Part shown: positions 16,052-17,374 of the stretch, in pieces
Position numbering within the stretch: the first letter of the stretch is position 1
Layout: each line of letters starts with the position of its first letter
NCBI GenBank assembly: GCA_041287245.1
Contig: JBEULP010000114.1
Location: 1 to 17,374 of the forward strand
Length of the DNA stretch: 17,374 nucleotides
Direction: 5' to 3'
Source of the DNA: Infirmifilum sp.
Lineage (GTDB): Archaea > Thermoproteota > Thermoprotei > Thermofilales > Thermofilaceae
Translations under genes and position numbers: made by a program
The notes under the pieces: generated by a model
What the model saw: only the letters and a program-made list of their open reading frames with translations
Told to the model about the DNA's origin: nothing
The model's database searches: none

Positions 16052-16324
16052 ATGGATGAAGATGTTACCTCTCTGTTAAAAGAATTTGTGTTACGTAAGA
16101 CCGAGGAGCGCCCGCTCACGCTCACCGCGAGGCGTATAAAGAGGCTGGCCAGGGAACTCGCCGGCGAGCAGATCGACACCATATCGGCCCGGCGGCTCCT
16201 AGACCAAATCCTCGAAGAGGCGCGCGACAACAGGCGCATATTTATACGCACCGCGAAGACCGGCGCGCGAACAGTCACGGTGGCGCCATCATGGCTGGAC
16301 AGCCCGTACTTGGACGTGGAGTAG
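16052..16324 (+). CDS. Small winged-helix-like protein with C-terminal SPYLDVE
   Basis: Helix, LTLTARRIKRL, helix ARRLLDQILEE, wing IFIRTAKTGARTVTV; ends WLDSPYLDVE. GTG 16040 is an alternative start. Confidence 0.7.
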   Translation: MDEDVTSLLKEFVLRKTEERPLTLTARRIKRLARELAGEQIDTISARRLLDQILEEARDNRRIFIRTAKTGARTVTVAPSWLDSPYLDVE

Positions 16325-16704
16325 CCGACGAGCTACTCTACCTCGTGGCAAACCTCCTCGCCCTCGAGGAGCACCTGTTCGAACTCGGAGACCTCGAAGC
16401 CGCAAGGCACGTGCGCGAAGCGAGGAGGGACGCGGTCGACAGGCTCTCGCTAATCCTAGCCGGCAAGCCCGCCTCCGAGACACGCCTCAAGGCGACGTGG
16501 TGCGCGTTGAAACACGCGTTGCTCGCCTGGTACCACGCGTACGAGGCGGCCCTCGCCACGGGCGACTTCGAGCTTGCCGGCCTCTCCAAGGGCCTCTTCG
16601 GCGCCGCCCAGCAGATCCTAGACGATACCTTTAAAGCCGGGGACACGGAGGTTAAAAAAGGTGGCGCAGTTGCGGAGGGAGAAGAGGGAGAAGGAGAGGC
16701 GTGA
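16291..16704 (+). CDS. Hypothetical helical-bundle protein, possible metal ligands
   Basis: NLLALEEH and WCALKHALLAWYHAYE motifs; GGTGG RBS upstream; acidic tail. Confidence 0.7.
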   Translation: MAGQPVLGRGVADELLYLVANLLALEEHLFELGDLEAARHVREARRDAVDRLSLILAGKPASETRLKATWCALKHALLAWYHAYEAALATGDFELAGLSKGLFGAAQQILDDTFKAGDTEVKKGGAVAEGEEGEGEA

Positions 16705-16777
16705 CAGGCGCCTCATAGACGAGCTACGGATCGAGGAGGACACATGCAACAGGTGCGACGACGACCTCAAATACTGA
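16661..16777 (+). CDS. Possible small charged protein, 38 aa, with CxxC
   Basis: GGAGGT RBS at 16647-16652, GTG start; MAQLRREKREKERRDRRLIDELRIEEDTCNRCDDDLKY; stop directly followed by a T7 tract. Confidence 0.5.
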   Translation: MAQLRREKREKERRDRRLIDELRIEEDTCNRCDDDLKY

Positions 16778-16786
16778 TTTTTTTCT
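16778..16786 (+). terminator. Oligo-T terminator
   Basis: TTTTTTTCT directly after TGA at 16775-16777. Confidence 0.5.
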
Positions 16787-16836
16787 CCCCCGGAAGATAG
16801 AAAAGCTAATAAACACTTAAACCGTAATCCTAGTTG

Positions 16837-17374
16837 ATGAAGAAGAAAATCATAGGTCTGGTTACAGCCGCACTAATCCTACTAGCCCTCTTCCTCGCCG
16901 CAACCCCAAGGCACCCGTCCCAGCTCAACGCCGGCGTCGAAGTACCCACCACAGTCGCAGTCCAAGTCCAAGTCGTCAGGAACGGCAAGGTCGTAGCCAC
17001 GTACGAGAAGGTCGGAGACCCACTCCTCTACAACTTCTGGGCCCTGCTGCTGAACAGCTTCCTCGGCCGCTACTACAACTCGCCCCTCACCATCTACAAG
17101 ACCGACGGGACGACGTTCACCCAGCCCGAGTGGGAGTGGCTCAACTCTCCCGGAACCACCCCTGTGTACGGCAACCCGTTGCTGGCTATCGGCTACGGCA
17201 CCAGTAGCCAAGCCGTTAGTTTCTACGACTACCAGCTGGGCGGGTACGCCACCTTGGCTGACGTGCCCTCCACCGGCTACAATTTAGTCGTGAACTCTTC
17301 GCACATGGTGGTTCAGGCGACCGCGTCGTTCACAGTATCCACCGCCGTGACTGTAAACGAGGTGGGGCTCTACT
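16837..17374 (+). CDS. Exported or membrane-anchored structural protein with tail-collar-fibre-like motifs (3'-truncated)
   Basis: Manual translation, open to window end: MKKKIIGLVTAALILLALFLAA...VQVVRNGKVV...LAIGYGTSSQAVSFYDYQL...VTVNEVGLY. Absent from the ORF track because there is no stop in the window. Confidence 0.8.
   Translation, partial: MKKKIIGLVTAALILLALFLAATPRHPSQLNAGVEVPTTVAVQVQVVRNGKVVATYEKVGDPLLYNFWALLLNSFLGRYYNSPLTIYKTDGTTFTQPEWEWLNSPGTTPVYGNPLLAIGYGTSSQAVSFYDYQLGGYATLADVPSTGYNLVVNSSHMVVQATASFTVSTAVTVNEVGLY

Larger units (their letters stand above)
1..17374. mobile_element. Segment of an archaeal plasmid or provirus-like element
   Basis: Tyrosine-recombinase-fold gene, RHH regulator directly upstream of an SF3 (D5/P4-type) helicase, many orphan ORFs, no housekeeping genes, archaeal promoter and terminator signatures. 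Element boundaries are not visible in the window. Confidence 0.8.

Noticed and set aside
11072..16324. SPYLE-coding segments read as a DNA repeat (att site or CRISPR-like repeat)
   Set aside because: Copies are irregularly spaced, always in frame at gene ends and vary at synonymous positions, which fits a protein motif.
16882..17211. 109-aa minus-strand ORF
   Set aside because: Antisense to the truncated + strand exported protein starting at 16837.

Overview
GC-rich, densely coding, mostly + strand window that reads as part of an archaeal mobile element (plasmid or provirus). Archaeal TATA/BRE promoters, leaderless GTG/TTG starts, GGTG-type ribosome-binding sites and oligo-T terminators point to an archaeal host; a thermophilic Thermoproteota host is inference only. 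Left part: a tyrosine-recombinase-fold protein lacking most catalytic residues, a small RHH (CopG-like) regulator, a D5/P4-type SF3 helicase and an AT-rich putative origin. Middle: a YdjM-like membrane hydrolase, HTH and coiled-coil proteins and a CPHC thioredoxin-like protein. Right: a membrane/surface module with a FUN14-like protein, a CPBP (Rce1/Abi) intramembrane protease, a subtilisin, a Thr-rich anchored surface protein and a truncated exported protein with a tail-collar-fibre-like motif. The strongest unexplained signal is a shared C-terminal tag: four otherwise unrelated membrane proteins end in SPYLE(E), a winged-helix-like protein ends in SPYLDVE and the CPBP protease ends in EYLD, all with synonymous codon variation. 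This suggests an undescribed C-terminal tagging, sorting or assembly system. Also notable are a 52-aa, 62% acidic ORF missed by the ORF track and a recurring CACAGCTGTG palindrome placed about 50 nt upstream of two operon starts. No tRNA, rRNA or CRISPR array was seen.
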